A DNA stretch of 64,000 nt from Aplysia californica (GCF_000002075.1 NW_004797283.1:2324170-2388169), one strand, 5' to 3'; positions 13,666 through 26,909 are shown, counted from the first letter of the stretch. Numbers and translations are program-made. Notes: generated from the sequence alone by a model not told the origin.

Positions 13666-15315
13666 TTAAAGGGTCGCCTTTTTAGACACGAGAAAGTTGA
13701 GTAGCCTATGAACGACGAATATGGGGAGTTAAGGTTTCTCGAAGTAGACAGCGAGTAAATCATTATTGACTGTTCGTTTGAGAAATATTCTCTATTATGT
13801 TTCAAAACTTTGCTAAAACCGCTAAACTCAGAGTAAAACAAGGTTTTAGGCAGTTGCATGGTTCATGAACAAACATCTATATTGCAAGAAGTCGAGATCC
13901 CAATTGGGCAAGCTTTTTATCAACCTTGCAATCTGTTCAGACACATGAACAGTTATCAAATCACGGTCCAAATACAGCCTACTATAATATAGAGGTATTT
14001 TCCATTTCGGCTTGTTTCTTTCTTTTTTTTTGGGGGGGGGGGGTTTAAAGACTTGTCATCCTTTTATGATCATTAGTTTGCGGGGTCGACAAAGAGGCCG
14101 TTGGCAATGACTCGCCTAAAAATTATAATCGATAGGCTACGTAGGCTACTGTAAAATCTTTTAAAGGATCGGATTTTGGTTGTGAGGAGCGCAGTCCCGA
14201 AAAGTCTTCAGATGCTCCATCCAGCCATCCATTGGATATTACACAAGTGGGTTTCTGTCATCTATGGAAAATGACAGTTAAAGGAGACAGTCAGCTAAAA
14301 TTGATTCATATAACGATTAAAATAACGGACTGACATTTACTTTGATAGATTTGTTCCAAATTGTGTTTTAAAAACCCCAGCAGTCTTTGGGCAAAGCTGT
14401 ATGTCCCGTTGGGAACTGAAAGGAGTAAATTAGAACTGACAGGCTGGCCTTGGGAGTTCTAGTGAAATCGTCTTATTCATTTTGGGAATACACGACAAGG
14501 CTTGTAAATGAACCCTTAAACGTTTTGTTCCTTTTCATTTACATCACCGAAGATTTGCTGATTAGTTTACAGACATTTGTTACTGCCGTCAATAAGTAGT
14601 CCTATTGTTCTTCTGTTTCTTTTGAGCAGTATTAATATCCTAATTTGAGAACAACTCTTCAAATCTCACTTACTATACTGGCAATCAAAAGAAAGGTATA
14701 TGTACCACGTTTAGATTGCGTTATAGCAGGTAAGAGACTCGTGTTTGATTCCCGATTGGGGAGAAACTTTATCAAGTATCTCGGAGGTTGTGTTCGTCTC
14801 AGCCCCGACTGATCCTGACAGGTAGGGTCGCACGCCCAAACCCTAAATGATCTAAATTGTGTCGAAGGGGGCGTAAAGACACCTTTTAAAAAAAGACTAT
14901 ACGCTAAACGAGTGAGGGGTAAAGATTATTATGAAAGATTTCTAGATCTATTTGAAAATCTAAACAAAGAATAATCATCAGCATCGTCGGCGATATTCAT
15001 TATAGAATTGGTTTTACTTGAGAATTGTCGAGAACCCGCATTTACTACCATCTTGCTGTACACAAGATTTACTAAAACTGCAATGTACATGTAGTTGCTT
15101 AATGTATCATCCAGTACCTTACATTATACANNNNNNNNNNNNNNNNNNNNNNNNNNNNNNNNNNNNNNNNNNNNNNNNNNNNNNNNNNNNNNNNNNNNNN
15201 NNNNNNNNNNNNNNNNNNNNNNNNNNNNNNNNNNNNNNNNNNNNNNNNNNNNNNNNNNNNNNNNNNNNNNNNNNNNNNNNNNNNNNNNNNNNNNNNNNNN
15301 NNNNNNNNNNNNNNN

Positions 15316-15457
15316 TCTTTATCTCACTCTCTCCTCGTCTCTCTGTCCATCTCTTCTTGTCTCTCTCTCTATCTCTCTGTCTATCTCTCTCTCTCTCTCT
15401 CTCGTTATCTATCTATCAATCTATCTATCTATCTCTCTGAGCATGTGGTTCTGTACC

Positions 15458-15538
<81 letters not shown>
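15316..15538. repeat. Compound (TC)n/(TCTA)n microsatellite; similar simple repeats occur at 2949, 5492, 7874, 21133, 24083 and 45387
   Basis: Direct reading; many such repeats abut assembly gaps. Confidence 0.95.
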
Positions 15539-15539
<1 letters not shown>

Positions 15540-15541
<2 letters not shown>

Positions 15542-18500
15542 CAGTCAGTCGGGGAGCGGTGGTGAGGCAACGGGGGGCAGGGACGGTGGTGTGGCCACAA
15601 GGAGACAGCAGGGTCAGTCTTTGGCTTCAACAACAGCAAAAGAATAGGAACACGGCCGGCCCAGACTTGCAACAACAATAAATAACACCCAAGCAATGTT
15701 TTTAAAAATTATGTGTTGGAATGTTCATGGCATATCACAAAAATTGTTTAACCTTGATTTTGTCCACTTTTGTTCGTCGTATGACATTTTTGCTTGCTCT
15801 GAGGTCTACTCATGTAGTGAAGAAAAATTGCTCCTCGCTTTTCCCCAGTACAATATTTACTCTGCAAAACGTGAGCACGGGTTAGGTGGGGGTGTTGTTG
15901 TTTTTGTTCGTCGGTCGTTAGGGACCCAAGTCACAAAGCTAGAAATTTCTATGAAAGAATGTGTTTGTTTACTGTTGAAGGAGACTTGTTTACAAACAGA
16001 TCGTAAAGTGGTCCTATGCTTCCCCTACCTCCCTCATGAATTTTCGCCTGTGTTTAATAATGAAACGGTTAAAGGTGTACAGTCTCTTGTGAAGACATAT
16101 CATGATATTAACGATAAGTTAGGAGAAGTTGAGTGGATAATCGGAGGGGATCTGAATGCAAGGACAGGACGTCTAGATGATAACTTTGTTGAAAATAACG
16201 TACATGAACTTTTGTCTGGTTTTGAAGAAACAGATGATGTTTTAGAAGAAATTTGTACCCAAAGAAAGTCACGGGACGCTTCCTTTACAAATAGTTATGG
16301 AAAGCAATTAGTTAGTTTCTGTAAAGAAAATTCATTGTACATTGCGAATGGCAGGACACCGGGAGATGAGGAAGGGAATGTCACATGCATTGCTAATAAG
16401 GGAAAAACAATTGTTGATTATGTTATTGTGAGCAAGGGAATGTTTGAGAAGATCTTTAGTTTTTCTGTCATGCCAAGGCCAGACTCAGATCATTTCCCAC
16501 TGTCAGTGTTGTTTAAAATTTACATTGAACATGATGACACTAGTGAAAATGTTGAATGTGAGATTGAACTTAGCCGGTTGTTGCGGCTCACGTGGAAAGA
16601 AACAATGAGAAGCACTTATGTTGAAAAGCTTGAATCATTATTAAATGAAGAACATGATATGTTTTTGTCATATTTAAGTCTCAATGATGTCGACTCTGCC
16701 TGTAATGTTTTACAACAATGCATTAAAATATCAGCAGGAGACATGCAAACCAATAAGCAAAAGAAAGGAAAGCATAGTAAGCTTCATCAACCATTGTGGT
16801 GGGATAACGAATGTGAAAGGCTAAAGAGAGTAAAATATCTTCACCTCCACGATTTCCACAGAACAAACAGCTCAAATGATCTGGATAAATTCCTTGAAGC
16901 AAAGAAAGACTTTAAGGAGATGTGTGCGTTAAAAAAGAAAATCTGTGATGCCCAGACAGTAGAAAGTTTAAAACAAGACCTTACTGATAAACGATCAAAA
17001 TCATTTTGGCAAAAGGTTAATAAAATGATGCGTACTCATGGCTCATTTAATGCGGCTAAGGCCACACCAGAGCAATTTTATTGTCATTTTAAAGACTTGC
17101 TAAATCCCAGAAATAATGAATCATCAGAGGATTTATTACAGACACAAGTTGATCATGAAGTAGTTTTAACAAATGAGGATTTAGACACAAATGTATACCT
17201 GTATGATAATGAAATCACGAATTCTGAAGTTCAAAGTGTTCTGAGAAAACTGAAGAAAGGAAAGGCTAGCGGATGTGACGGGATTGGTCCTGAATTCTAT
17301 TCTAATGCATGTCCTTCCTTGATAACATACATGTGTTTGTTGTTTAATGTCATTTTTAACACAGGGAAGTACCCAAAAATGTGGTGTCAAGCACTAATAC
17401 ATCCTATCCTCAAGAAAGGAAGTCCTTCAGAGGCAAACAACTACAGGGGCATTGCACTTCTAAATATATTATCCAAGATAATGTCTAGTATATTGCATTC
17501 ACGACTAGCGGAATGGGCCGAGCAGACCAAAGTAATTCCCGAATCGCAAGCAGGGTTTCGTAAAGGTTATAGCACTATCGATCATATCTTCTCGCTTCAA
17601 TCAATAGTCCAAAAGTACCTTTCAAAGAAACGTGGGCGCTTCTATGTACTTTTTGTTGATTTTTCCAAAGCATTTGACTGCGTCCCCCATGAAAAACTGT
17701 GGGCAGTCTTGAGGAAAAGAGGCTTGAGAGGGAAAATGTTAACATTACTACAAAATATGTACTCGGAAGTTATGTGCTCTGTCCGTACTGGCCAGCATGA
17801 AATTACGGAATATTTTAATTGCTTGTCTGGTGTTCGTCAAGGATGTATTCTTAGCCCACTTTTGTTCAATATGTATGTTTCTGAATTTGAATTGATGTTG
17901 AAAAACAGTGATGTTAAAGGAGTTGAGCTATTAAGCAATGATGAACAAACCCGCAATTTAATGTACGCAGATGACATGTGCTTATTTTCAGATAATATTG
18001 TAGACATGCAAAGGAAGATCAATTGTTTGGAGAAGTATTGTAACCAGTGGGGACTGTCTGTAAATTTGGAAAAGACAAAGATGATTGTTTTTAGAAATGG
18101 AGGCGTGCTAAAGAGCTCTGAAAAATGGTTTTACAAAAAGAAAAGCATAAACGTAACCACGTACATAAGCTACCTAGGAGTGATATTTTCTTCCCGCTTG
18201 TTATGGTCAAAATGTATAGAAAACTTATGTTGTAAAGCAACAAGGCTCACGTCCAGAGTGAGATGTCTAAGTAAAAGATATGAGCACTTGAATGTCCAAA
18301 CTTTGTTCAACATTTTTGACATCAAAATTAAGCCATTACTTTTGTACGGTTGTGAAGTATGGGGGGGTGAAGAAGTATGATAAAATAGAGCAGGTGCACG
18401 TTAAATTCTGCAAGGCCGTCCTAAACATTGGTAGAACGTCCGCAAACATTTTGGCAATGGGGGAATGTGGACGTCATCATTTGTATGCCACTTATCATCT

Positions 18501-19695
18501 ACGAGCAATAAAATATTGGTATAAATTACTGGTAATGGATAATAATAGGTATGCTAAGAAATGCTATTTGCAAGCGTATGCACATGACCAAAATAATCGG
18601 TACAGCTGGGCCACTGACATGAGGAAACTTTTATGTACAATAGGGTTTGGATATGCGTGGTTTTTTCAAAATGTTGGTGATAAGAATATTTTCCTATCTC
18701 AAGTAAAGGAAAGACTTATAAATATTAGTCACCAGGACTGGCGTTCAAGGGTGTCTGGCGTTTATCCTGAGTACCTGGACTTCCACCCTACGTTAAGCCC
18801 TGCACCGTACCTCTCATTCACCATCTCTGCAAGAGGTAGAAGGATCCTTGCATTACTCAGAACTTTCAGTTTGTCGTTGAAAAATAATCTGTTCCGGTTG
18901 GGCATTGTCGACAGTAATCGTTGCCTCCAGTGTGATGAAAAGTATGTAGAAAATGAATTCCATGTATTGTTCAGATGTTCACGATATAATGAAATACGAG
19001 AGCAGCTTTTACCAGAGTGCGTCAGACTTCAGACTCCCGAAGAGCCAATGTCTAAGCTCAATGGCATATTAGTCTGTTCAGATGAAGTCCATTCTAAAAA
19101 GATAATCTCATTCCTAAATTATGTTGTTATACGGACACGTCTGTCCTAGGGAAAAGGTATTCACTCGCATATGTAACTCTGTATCTACTGTAATGGGTAC
19201 TATTTTATATGTATATGTGTATGAAAAAGACAATGGTATTCACTTCTCAGAGTGAAACATGTCCCGATTTCTCTCGCTGCCTCATTCATAGCACTGTGTG
19301 GAAGTTCTATNNNNNNNNNNNNNNNNNNNNNNNNNNNNNNNNNNNNNNNNNNNNNNNNNNNNNNNNNNNNNNNNNNNNNNNNNNNNNNNNNNNNNNNNNN
19401 NNNNNNNNNNNNNNNNNNNNNNNNNNNNNNNNNNNNNNNNNNNNNNNNNNNNNNNNNNNNNNNNNNNNNNNNNNNNNNNNNAGTGTAGGTGCGTGCGTCA
19501 CGTGCGTGTGTGCGTGTGTGTGTGCGTGCGTGCGTGCGTGCGTGCATACGTGTATGTGGGCGTGCATGTCCAATTTATGTTAAACATCCAATGTGCTGCA
19601 CCAATGTATGTAATTGCCGAACCATATGTTAAAATATGTGGATGTATGGGCCAAAGGCCTTTCAAATCAATAAATCATTTTGAATCTTTGAATCT
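15540..19695 (+). mobile_element. Non-LTR retrotransposon, RTEX-like; 5'-truncated within putative ORF1, with a complete 3' end
   Basis: APE endonuclease + RT + C-terminal zinc knuckle; 3' end aataaatcatt(ttgaatct)2 joins a (TC)n tract. Confidence 0.9.
15696..19149 (+). CDS. LINE ORF2 (APE endonuclease/reverse transcriptase), split by one +1 frameshift at the G7 run 18361-18367
   Basis: WNVHG, GDLNARTG, VDY, SDHFPL (APE); NYRGIALL, QAGFR, FVDFSKAFD, GVRQG, YADD, YLG (RT); CLQC...ENEFHVLFRC knuckle. Confidence 0.92.
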
Positions 19696-19793
19696 CTCTC
19701 TCTCCTCATCTCTCTTTCTCTCTCTTCTTGTCTCTCTTTCTCTCTCTTCTTGTCTCTTTCTCTCGCTCTATTTCTCTATCTACATCTCCCTTC

Positions 19794-19827
<34 letters not shown>

Positions 19828-21130
19828 GTGCATGTGGNNNNNNNNNNNNNNNNNNNNNNNNNNNNNNNNNNNNNNNNNNNNNNNNNNNNNNNNNNNNNNN
19901 NNNNNNNNNNNNNNNNNNNNNNNNNNNNNNNNNNNNNNNNNNNNNNNNNNNNNNNNNNNNNNNNNNNNNNNNNNNNNNNNNNNNNNNNNNNNNNNNNNNN
20001 NNNNNNNNNNNNNNNNNNNNNNNNNNNNNNNNNNNNNNNNNNNNNNNNNNNNNNNNNNNNNNNNNNNNNNNNNNNNNNNNNNNNNNNNNNNNNNNNNNNN
20101 NNNNNNNNNNNNNNNNNNNNCACTCCCTTTCTCCCCCCCCCCCCTCTCTCTCTCTGACACTCACACTCTCCNNNNNNNNNNNNNNNNNNNNNNNNNNNNN
20201 NNNNNNNNNNNNNNNNNNNNNNNNNNNNNNNNNNNNNNNNNNNNNNNNNNNNNNNNNNNNNNNNNNNNNNNNNNNNNNNNNNNNNNNNNNNNNNNNNNNN
20301 NNNNNNNNNNNNNNNNNNNNNNNNNNNNNNNNNNNNNNNNNCTCTTTCTCTCTATATCTCTCTCTTTCTTCTTGTTCTGCTTCTTGTTCTTCTTCTTGTT
20401 TTTCTTCTTGTTCTTCTTCTTCTTCGATTCACCATCTGTCTCCTTGTCTAATGACCCATTCTCGTCCCGTCTGCCTGTCATCTTGTCACTAAAGGCACTC
20501 CCTCATCATATTATACTAGTCCAGTAGTCTTTCTCCCTAAATCGCCCATTTCGCTTCTAAGCCTGGCTTCTGTCTGGTATAGGGCTTAGCGATCTCTCTG
20601 CCGTTTTGATGGAACGTGGTGCCGCAGTCTAGCTGTAATCTGCAGTAGTAGAAGCAGCAGCAACAGCGGCAACAGCAACATCATTGGCAGGAGCAGCAAC
20701 AGCAGTAGTAGTAGCAGTAATAGCAGCAGCAGCAGTTGCTGCAGNNNNNNNNNNNNNNNNNNNNNNNNNNNNNNNNNNNNNNNNNNNNNNNNNNNNNNNN
20801 NNNNNNNNNNNNNNNNNNNNNNNNNNNNNNNNNNNNNNNNNNNNNNNNNNNNNNNNNNNNNNNNNNNNNNNNNNNNNNNNNNNNNNNNNNNNNNNNNNNN
20901 NNNNNNNNNNNNNNNNNNNNNNNNNNNNNNNNNNNGGAAGAGGAGGACGTCGAGAGTGAAGAAGAGAAGGAGGACGGGGGGAAGGGGGGGGGGTCGTAAT
21001 CTTATGAAACAGTTTACAAGGCTTTCCAAATCTCCCTTTAACAAGCCACGAACATTGCCAAACAGTCATCACAACGCTCCACAGTCGTGTTGTACTCCCA
21101 GATCGCACACTGTCCTGGTCACCGCTCTTT

Positions 21131-21209
<79 letters not shown>

Positions 21210-21420
21210 AGAAACCACCCCCCAAAAATGTGCTATTAAGCGTGTGTACTTTGTGCGTGCTTTTCGCAGATGGGTTAAACGAAAGACGTTTCTGTTCAAG
21301 GGAGGTAATCCATAATATTTTACATCGGCTATTGTTATCCCGCACCATTTTAACACTTTCTACTAACACCTGTCTCGCTACAGTCGAGTGCGCAGTGTAC
21401 CCAGCCAACTTTAGAAAAAC

Positions 21421-21660
21421 TTTTTTTTTTTGGTAAGTGCTTTACGGCGCTGGCAACAGCATAATAAGGTAATAGATATGAGCGCGCGGGACACACCTAA
21501 ATTTGTCAGCAGGTAGGATTTTTTTTTATTTGCCCAGGTGGCGGTTGAAGCCTACTCTTATCGATTTTAGACCACCAATAGTTCTTTAACGTGCACAACT
21601 TGCACACCGGACTTCCGATATTTTACGCCCTTTTCCGAGAAGGCTAAGTGTAGTTTTCAG
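21421..21660 (-). mobile_element. Same SINE family, 3' half only
   Basis: Reverse complement of core (tctttaacgtgcacaacttgcac) and tail. Confidence 0.8.
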
Positions 21661-22540
21661 CTTCTCAGAACACCTTTACGTTTGGAGACAGTTTAGCCAG
21701 GCAATAAAGCATTTAAAAAGCTACCGTCTATGATAAACACAATAATGTGTTAGTGGTTACAACTAGATACAGACAAAATATATCACATTCTGACAATACT
21801 GAAAGTGAAAAGACCGACCGCACAAGTTACTGAAAACAGTAGGGGGATAAAGATATAACGATGCATCCAGCTAACCCATGAACGTTTTGATTTGGGTCGA
21901 GTTTTCAGTGCAAAGTAGTCATTAAATTGCTAGTACCTATGGTAAAGTTCAATAATGTGTTGGTGATTACAACTTTAGTATGGATTAAAACTATTAATTT
22001 AATATCCAATACTGAGAGTGTAACGACCGACCGTGCAAGATGCACAAAACTGAAGTTGAAAAAATAAATGAAGAGGCTTTCAGCTTTCTTCAGTACATAA
22101 TAACGTATGGACCCAGTTTTGATGGGCAAAGAACTTTATAAAATTCAAGCGCCTAAAGTCAAACACAAAAAAACAACTGTTGGTGACTACAACTGGGAAT
22201 AGACAAAATATATCACATTCCAACCAATACTAAAAGTGTAACGACCGACCGCATAAATTATTTAAAACAATAAGAAAAACAAAGAAATAAAGAAGCTTTC
22301 AGCGTTTTAGAACCCTATAACGTATGGAGAGAGTTTAGCTAGGCAAAAATGTAAATAAAATGTTACCATCTCTAATAAAACACAATATTGTGTTAGTGGT
22401 TACAGCTAGGTAAAGACAAAATATATAAAATTCTAAATAATGCTGAAAGTGTAACGACCCACCGTGCCAATTAAGTTTAAATAGAGTCTTGCCGTTCAAA
22501 GAAACCTATAAAACGCTAAACACCTATCGTAAAATACAAT
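21660..22540. repeat. Diverged tandem repeat, ~214-bp unit, ~4 copies
   Basis: Anchor gaccgaccg-like motif at ~21812, 22025, 22243, 22455; gtgttagtggttaca-like block at the same period. Confidence 0.85.
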
Positions 22541-23384
22541 CATAAAACATGTTATAGAAACCCATTCCGCTCCCCCATAAAGCTTCCAGCGTCCGGGATC
22601 CAGCAAACTAGGCTAAATCAATAAATTCGCAGTCCATAGTACACCCCCCGATTTCTTCTGAGGAATGAACTCTAGACGACCGTGTAATTACAATTGCAGT
22701 CACAGTGCAGGTTGTAGAAAATTATACTATTTCTACTGACCTTCCTTTTGCATGTACATGTATTTGTAAGATACAGCAGCCACAAAGGAACTCTTACAAT
22801 GTTCACTAGCGAACTTTATAAGTTTCCAAGGCTGGATTCCTTCTCTAAGCATTCAGTGACCTTCTATGTGGGGACCGGTATATGACATCAAGTATTTTCT
22901 ACCGTTGCTCGTAAATCTGCAAGTAAATGCAAGGCCTCTAACTTCGATTACACACTGAAGAGATACATTCAATTGAGCTTGACACTAATGACACTTGGCA
23001 GCCACGATTTGGGTACTATGCATCGAAAAGGTACCGCTTTACCCAGCCTTTATCCATCCCGTGGTCTTAAATATTGTCATAGAAGTATGTTACATACATG
23101 TGTACTTTTATGGCACCGTTAAATTCCAGCTTTCTATGTAAAATAGTTTTGGAGTCACAGGGAAGAAAACTTATTAATGAGACGTACCTCATAATAATAT
23201 TATTATTATCAAACTAAAAGATATGCATATATGGATGTGTACGAAGTATAGACCCCTAAGCAAGAAACACCACTGCCTTGCAGTTTTCACATACTTGGTC
23301 AAAAGATTAGAGCCCTTTACCATTGCCAAATCATTAGGATCTAGCTTCACGTAAGGTTTTAATTTTCTTTTTACGTGGGTACAT

Positions 23385-23550
23385 GTAGTTGGATGGGTGC
23401 TCTGGTGTGTGGTTTCCTCCTTTCCTATCAAAAATATGTCTTCTTTGTCTCTCCTCCTTTTTTGTGTCTATTACTCTCTTATAAAAACCTGCAATCTTTG
23501 GCATTTGCATGACTTAATTGCGTTGCAAGTGCCGTAAAAACTCTTACTAA
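23385..23550 (+). mobile_element. Diverged copy of the same LINE 3' UTR
   Basis: gggtgctctggtgtgtggtttcctcctttcctatcaaa...gttgcaagtgccgtaaaaac. Confidence 0.65.
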
Positions 23551-24079
23551 AGCATAAAACAATTTCTCTTATTTTTAATTAGTATTAGTCACTTGTTCCT
23601 TACTACCAACTTTTCATTTCGTTTGTTATGAGTATGAGCGCTATCATCGATCAAAACAAGCCACTGTCCCGAGGTCTCGTTTTCTTTTTTTTTTCAACGC
23701 TCAGTAATAGTAATAGGATTTCAACTCCTCCTCGATCTAAAACGAGCGTGCCACCCCCAATGGGAAAGACAGATGGCCTCTAGCGCTGAAAGCTAAATAA
23801 TAACAATAATGTCTTTTGTGTCGGATGTTCCAAGAAAAAGCTGGGATTTTGGTACCGTTTTGTTTTGCTTGTTTTTTATTGGGGGTATTTTTGTTGTTGG
23901 TTGGTTGTTGGGTTTTTTTGGGGGGAGGGGGTAAGTTTTAAAGTTGTGGCTTAAAGAACATTATAGAGCTTTAATACTGTACACTTAACACGATCATTCA
24001 AACCAGAAAACACAAAACGACGAACAGAAATAGACCTGGTGTGCAAACACAAAAACAACACATCCAGAGAGCGCACACA

Positions 24080-24129
<50 letters not shown>

Positions 24130-24877
24130 TGCATACACACTTACACAAACAAAGAAACAGACGGGTGGAAACACACATGTTGGTTGGCCTATTATAAGTG
24201 GCAGTCCATCTAGCTACATGTATTTGCTAGCAGACCAAGATAAAAATAAGAGAAATTCTTTTATGTTTTATGTTTTAGTAAGAGTTTTTACAAATACGAG
24301 TATATTATATGGGCTATCTCTTGAATCTGAATGTTTTTGTGTTTTTCTTTTCTTTTCTTTTCCTGGGGTGGGTGAGGTGGGGGTATACATAGTTTAGTTT
24401 TAGTCACTGTGTATGCATTACATATATAACAATGAACATTATAAGAACAACAATTTTTCAGAAAAACCTCTTGCTGGGTTGTGCAGACCTGTCTTTGACC
24501 GCGCTATCGTTGTCTTCTTATATCTACTCCTAATACTTCCGTGTGTAAAGTAGGCCTAGTATAGACTCCTTTCTGTCCCGTACTTTCATTTTGAGTTAAT
24601 TAAGCTGTATTGAAAACGGACAACGACCCCTGGCTACAAAACGTGATCACAACAGTCCGGGTTTTTCTCCAGACATCATCATGAAGCCGTTAGCCTCAAT
24701 CTCCTCTGAGTTGTTGGGTTGGGGCGGGGGGTTCCCAATTCGGATCAAAACTGTAAGACAAGAGGGAACACCGCGGGGGATTTGGGTAGGAAACAGACTT
24801 GTGTACCGTACATGATGTATTGTCATATATACCAGACCCACGGTAAATTCCGGTAAAAGTCATAGATCGCTTACTCT

Positions 24878-25069
24878 ATAAGTCTGTCCCCGTCGTTTTA
24901 TGCAAGAAAAATTCTGAAATTATGCAAACTGAGCCCAAAAATGTGAAATTATGCGATTCTGTTAATTTGAACAAAGAATAATAAAGGAAAATAATCAGAA
25001 ATTATGCAAAAAATGATCAGATTTGGCTAAATTATGCGGGGTGCATAAAACCATAGGGGCAGATAAGTT
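24878..25069. mobile_element. Short MITE with repeated AATTATGC subterminal motifs
   Basis: tctgtccccgtcgttttatgca / tgcataaaaccataggggcaga imperfect inverted ends; aattatgc x4. Confidence 0.55.
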
Positions 25070-25963
25070 AGAGAAGGTAATCTGCCCTAATTTATATATA
25101 GGGAGAATTTGCTACTCCGAGCTATGGTTTCTGCAAAACCCTCTTTTATAACAAAATAAACTCAGTATTGCCAGAACCGAGATTTGCGGTATAGCTCAAT
25201 CCGTACCTGGTAAATACGTTAGTATATATTTATAGTAGGTGCTGTTTCACCACAACACGTCATGGTGTTCGCTGCCATGACTGCGTATTTATTCTGAGTC
25301 CTGTGACGATAGATCACGTGGCTAATTAGGCCAGAGCCTGGATGATATTGTTGCCTGTAGTAGTCTGTAGAGACTGCAAAGAAAGGATTTATAAGCCGCT
25401 CCGTCACTGTGTTGCGACATCTTGTTATCACCTCAGGAGTGCGCGCGCGCGCGCGCACACACACACACTCACGGCTGATTACCAACATTATACAAATCTC
25501 GAGAAGTGGACCATCACGACGTGACCTTGGGATAAACTTTACTTTAACACTATAATACTATTAATAATGGTATCTGTGGAGAGCTCGGGGTCAAAGTTAA
25601 TCATTCAGGCAAGGGCAACGGTGATACATAGGCCTATAGAATTCGGCTTGCCGATGCGTCTGATTTCAGGATCAATCTCTCGGCAAATGAGTTAGGAGAT
25701 AACATGATGTAATTATTAATAGAACTTAGTTGAGGCGTCTGATTTTATGATCAATCTTTCAGTTGATATTGATACCGAGAAAACGTGCGCCAGTAACCGC
25801 GCTGAGTAAATCTGGATGTACACAATGACGGTCTAGTAGGCCTACAATGTAGCATGATGTTTGCACCATGCTTCTCATCTAAATAGAATGAGGGTAACGG
25901 GAAACGGATATATATATATATATATATATATATCAAGCAAAATACAATCTTGCACAGACAAGT

Positions 25964-26494
25964 AGGAGGCTCTCATGGCCTAGAGGTTAAGGTGTTGGCC
26001 TCTCATTCAAAGGTTCCGGGTTCGAATCCGGGTAGCGACCAAAACATTTTCTTCTCTAAAATTGTCTCCTTTCACCTCCTTTCCTGCTCTCTAGCAATGT
26101 TCTGTCGTCTGCTTTCGTCTCCTCTTTCTGCCCCCACCCCCTCACCCCATTTGCCCCCTCCTCTGGGCTCCTGACTCTTTCTGCAGCCTTTCTACTGCTA
26201 CTCCATGGCTCCTCCTTACTGCTGTCTTTCAGCCACACCCCTGATCCTCTGGTAGGAAAGATCTACGCCTTGCCTTCTCGGACAAAGGCGAAAAATCTCG
26301 GAGGGCCCATGTGCAAGTTGCGCACGTTAAAAATAACTCGGTGGTCTAAAATCGATAAGAGCAGGTTTCCGTCGCCACCCTGGCAAAATTCAAACGTCCT
26401 ACCAACTTAAAAAGTTGAATGTGCCCCACGCGCTTATATGACCTTATCCAGTTGCGAGCGCCGTAAAACACTTACCAAAAAAACCCCCAACCTA
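25964..26494 (+). mobile_element. Same SINE family, full length, TSD acaagtag
   Basis: Colinear with copy 1; acaagtag at 25958-25965 and 26495-26502. Confidence 0.9.
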
Positions 26495-26727
26495 ACAAGT
26501 AGAGTGACAAAACAGAGGAGTAATCTTGGATATTGGAATGGCACATTTTTTATTTAATCATAACAAACATAATAAAGAAAAGTATCACAAATATGTTGAT
26601 CACCAAATAATAAAAAATAGAAGTGTGCATAAATAGGAAAAAATGTGTTCTCATGATGTACTATACGTGTTTTCTGCCACACACAACAAAATAAGAGATA
26701 AACCAAAGAACCTTGTATTCTAAAATG

Positions 26728-26909
26728 AGAGGGGTGCTGACAAAACGAGTTACTTCTTGCTATCTACAAATGGAGATACTGGCCAAAAATCAACACTAGG
26801 GTCAAATTGATTGATTTTCTTTAAAAGTATAACATGCCTGCTTTCATTATTTCATACTCATAAATTGGGCTCGAATCCGAGACGTAACTCATTTTTTCAG
26901 CACGCTTCA
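26728..26909. mobile_element. Short MITE
   Basis: gtgctgacaaaacgagttac / gtaactcattttttcagcac inverted ends. Confidence 0.6.

Noticed and set aside
14700-14890. Possible second SINE with a tail similar to 54780-54845 (aaattgtgtc...gggggcgtaaa)
   Set aside because: Too decayed to define boundaries or Pol III boxes with confidence
19200-21410. Many long ORFs in the supplied track
   Set aside because: Artefacts of N gaps and microsatellites (poly-SL, RE, X runs)
21660-22540. Regularly spaced repeats as a CRISPR-like array
   Set aside because: Whole units are homologous with no unique spacers; eukaryotic context and no cas genes
24600-24850. Possible minus-strand exon (tcttacag acceptor, short ORF)
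   Set aside because: No recognisable protein motif or partner exons
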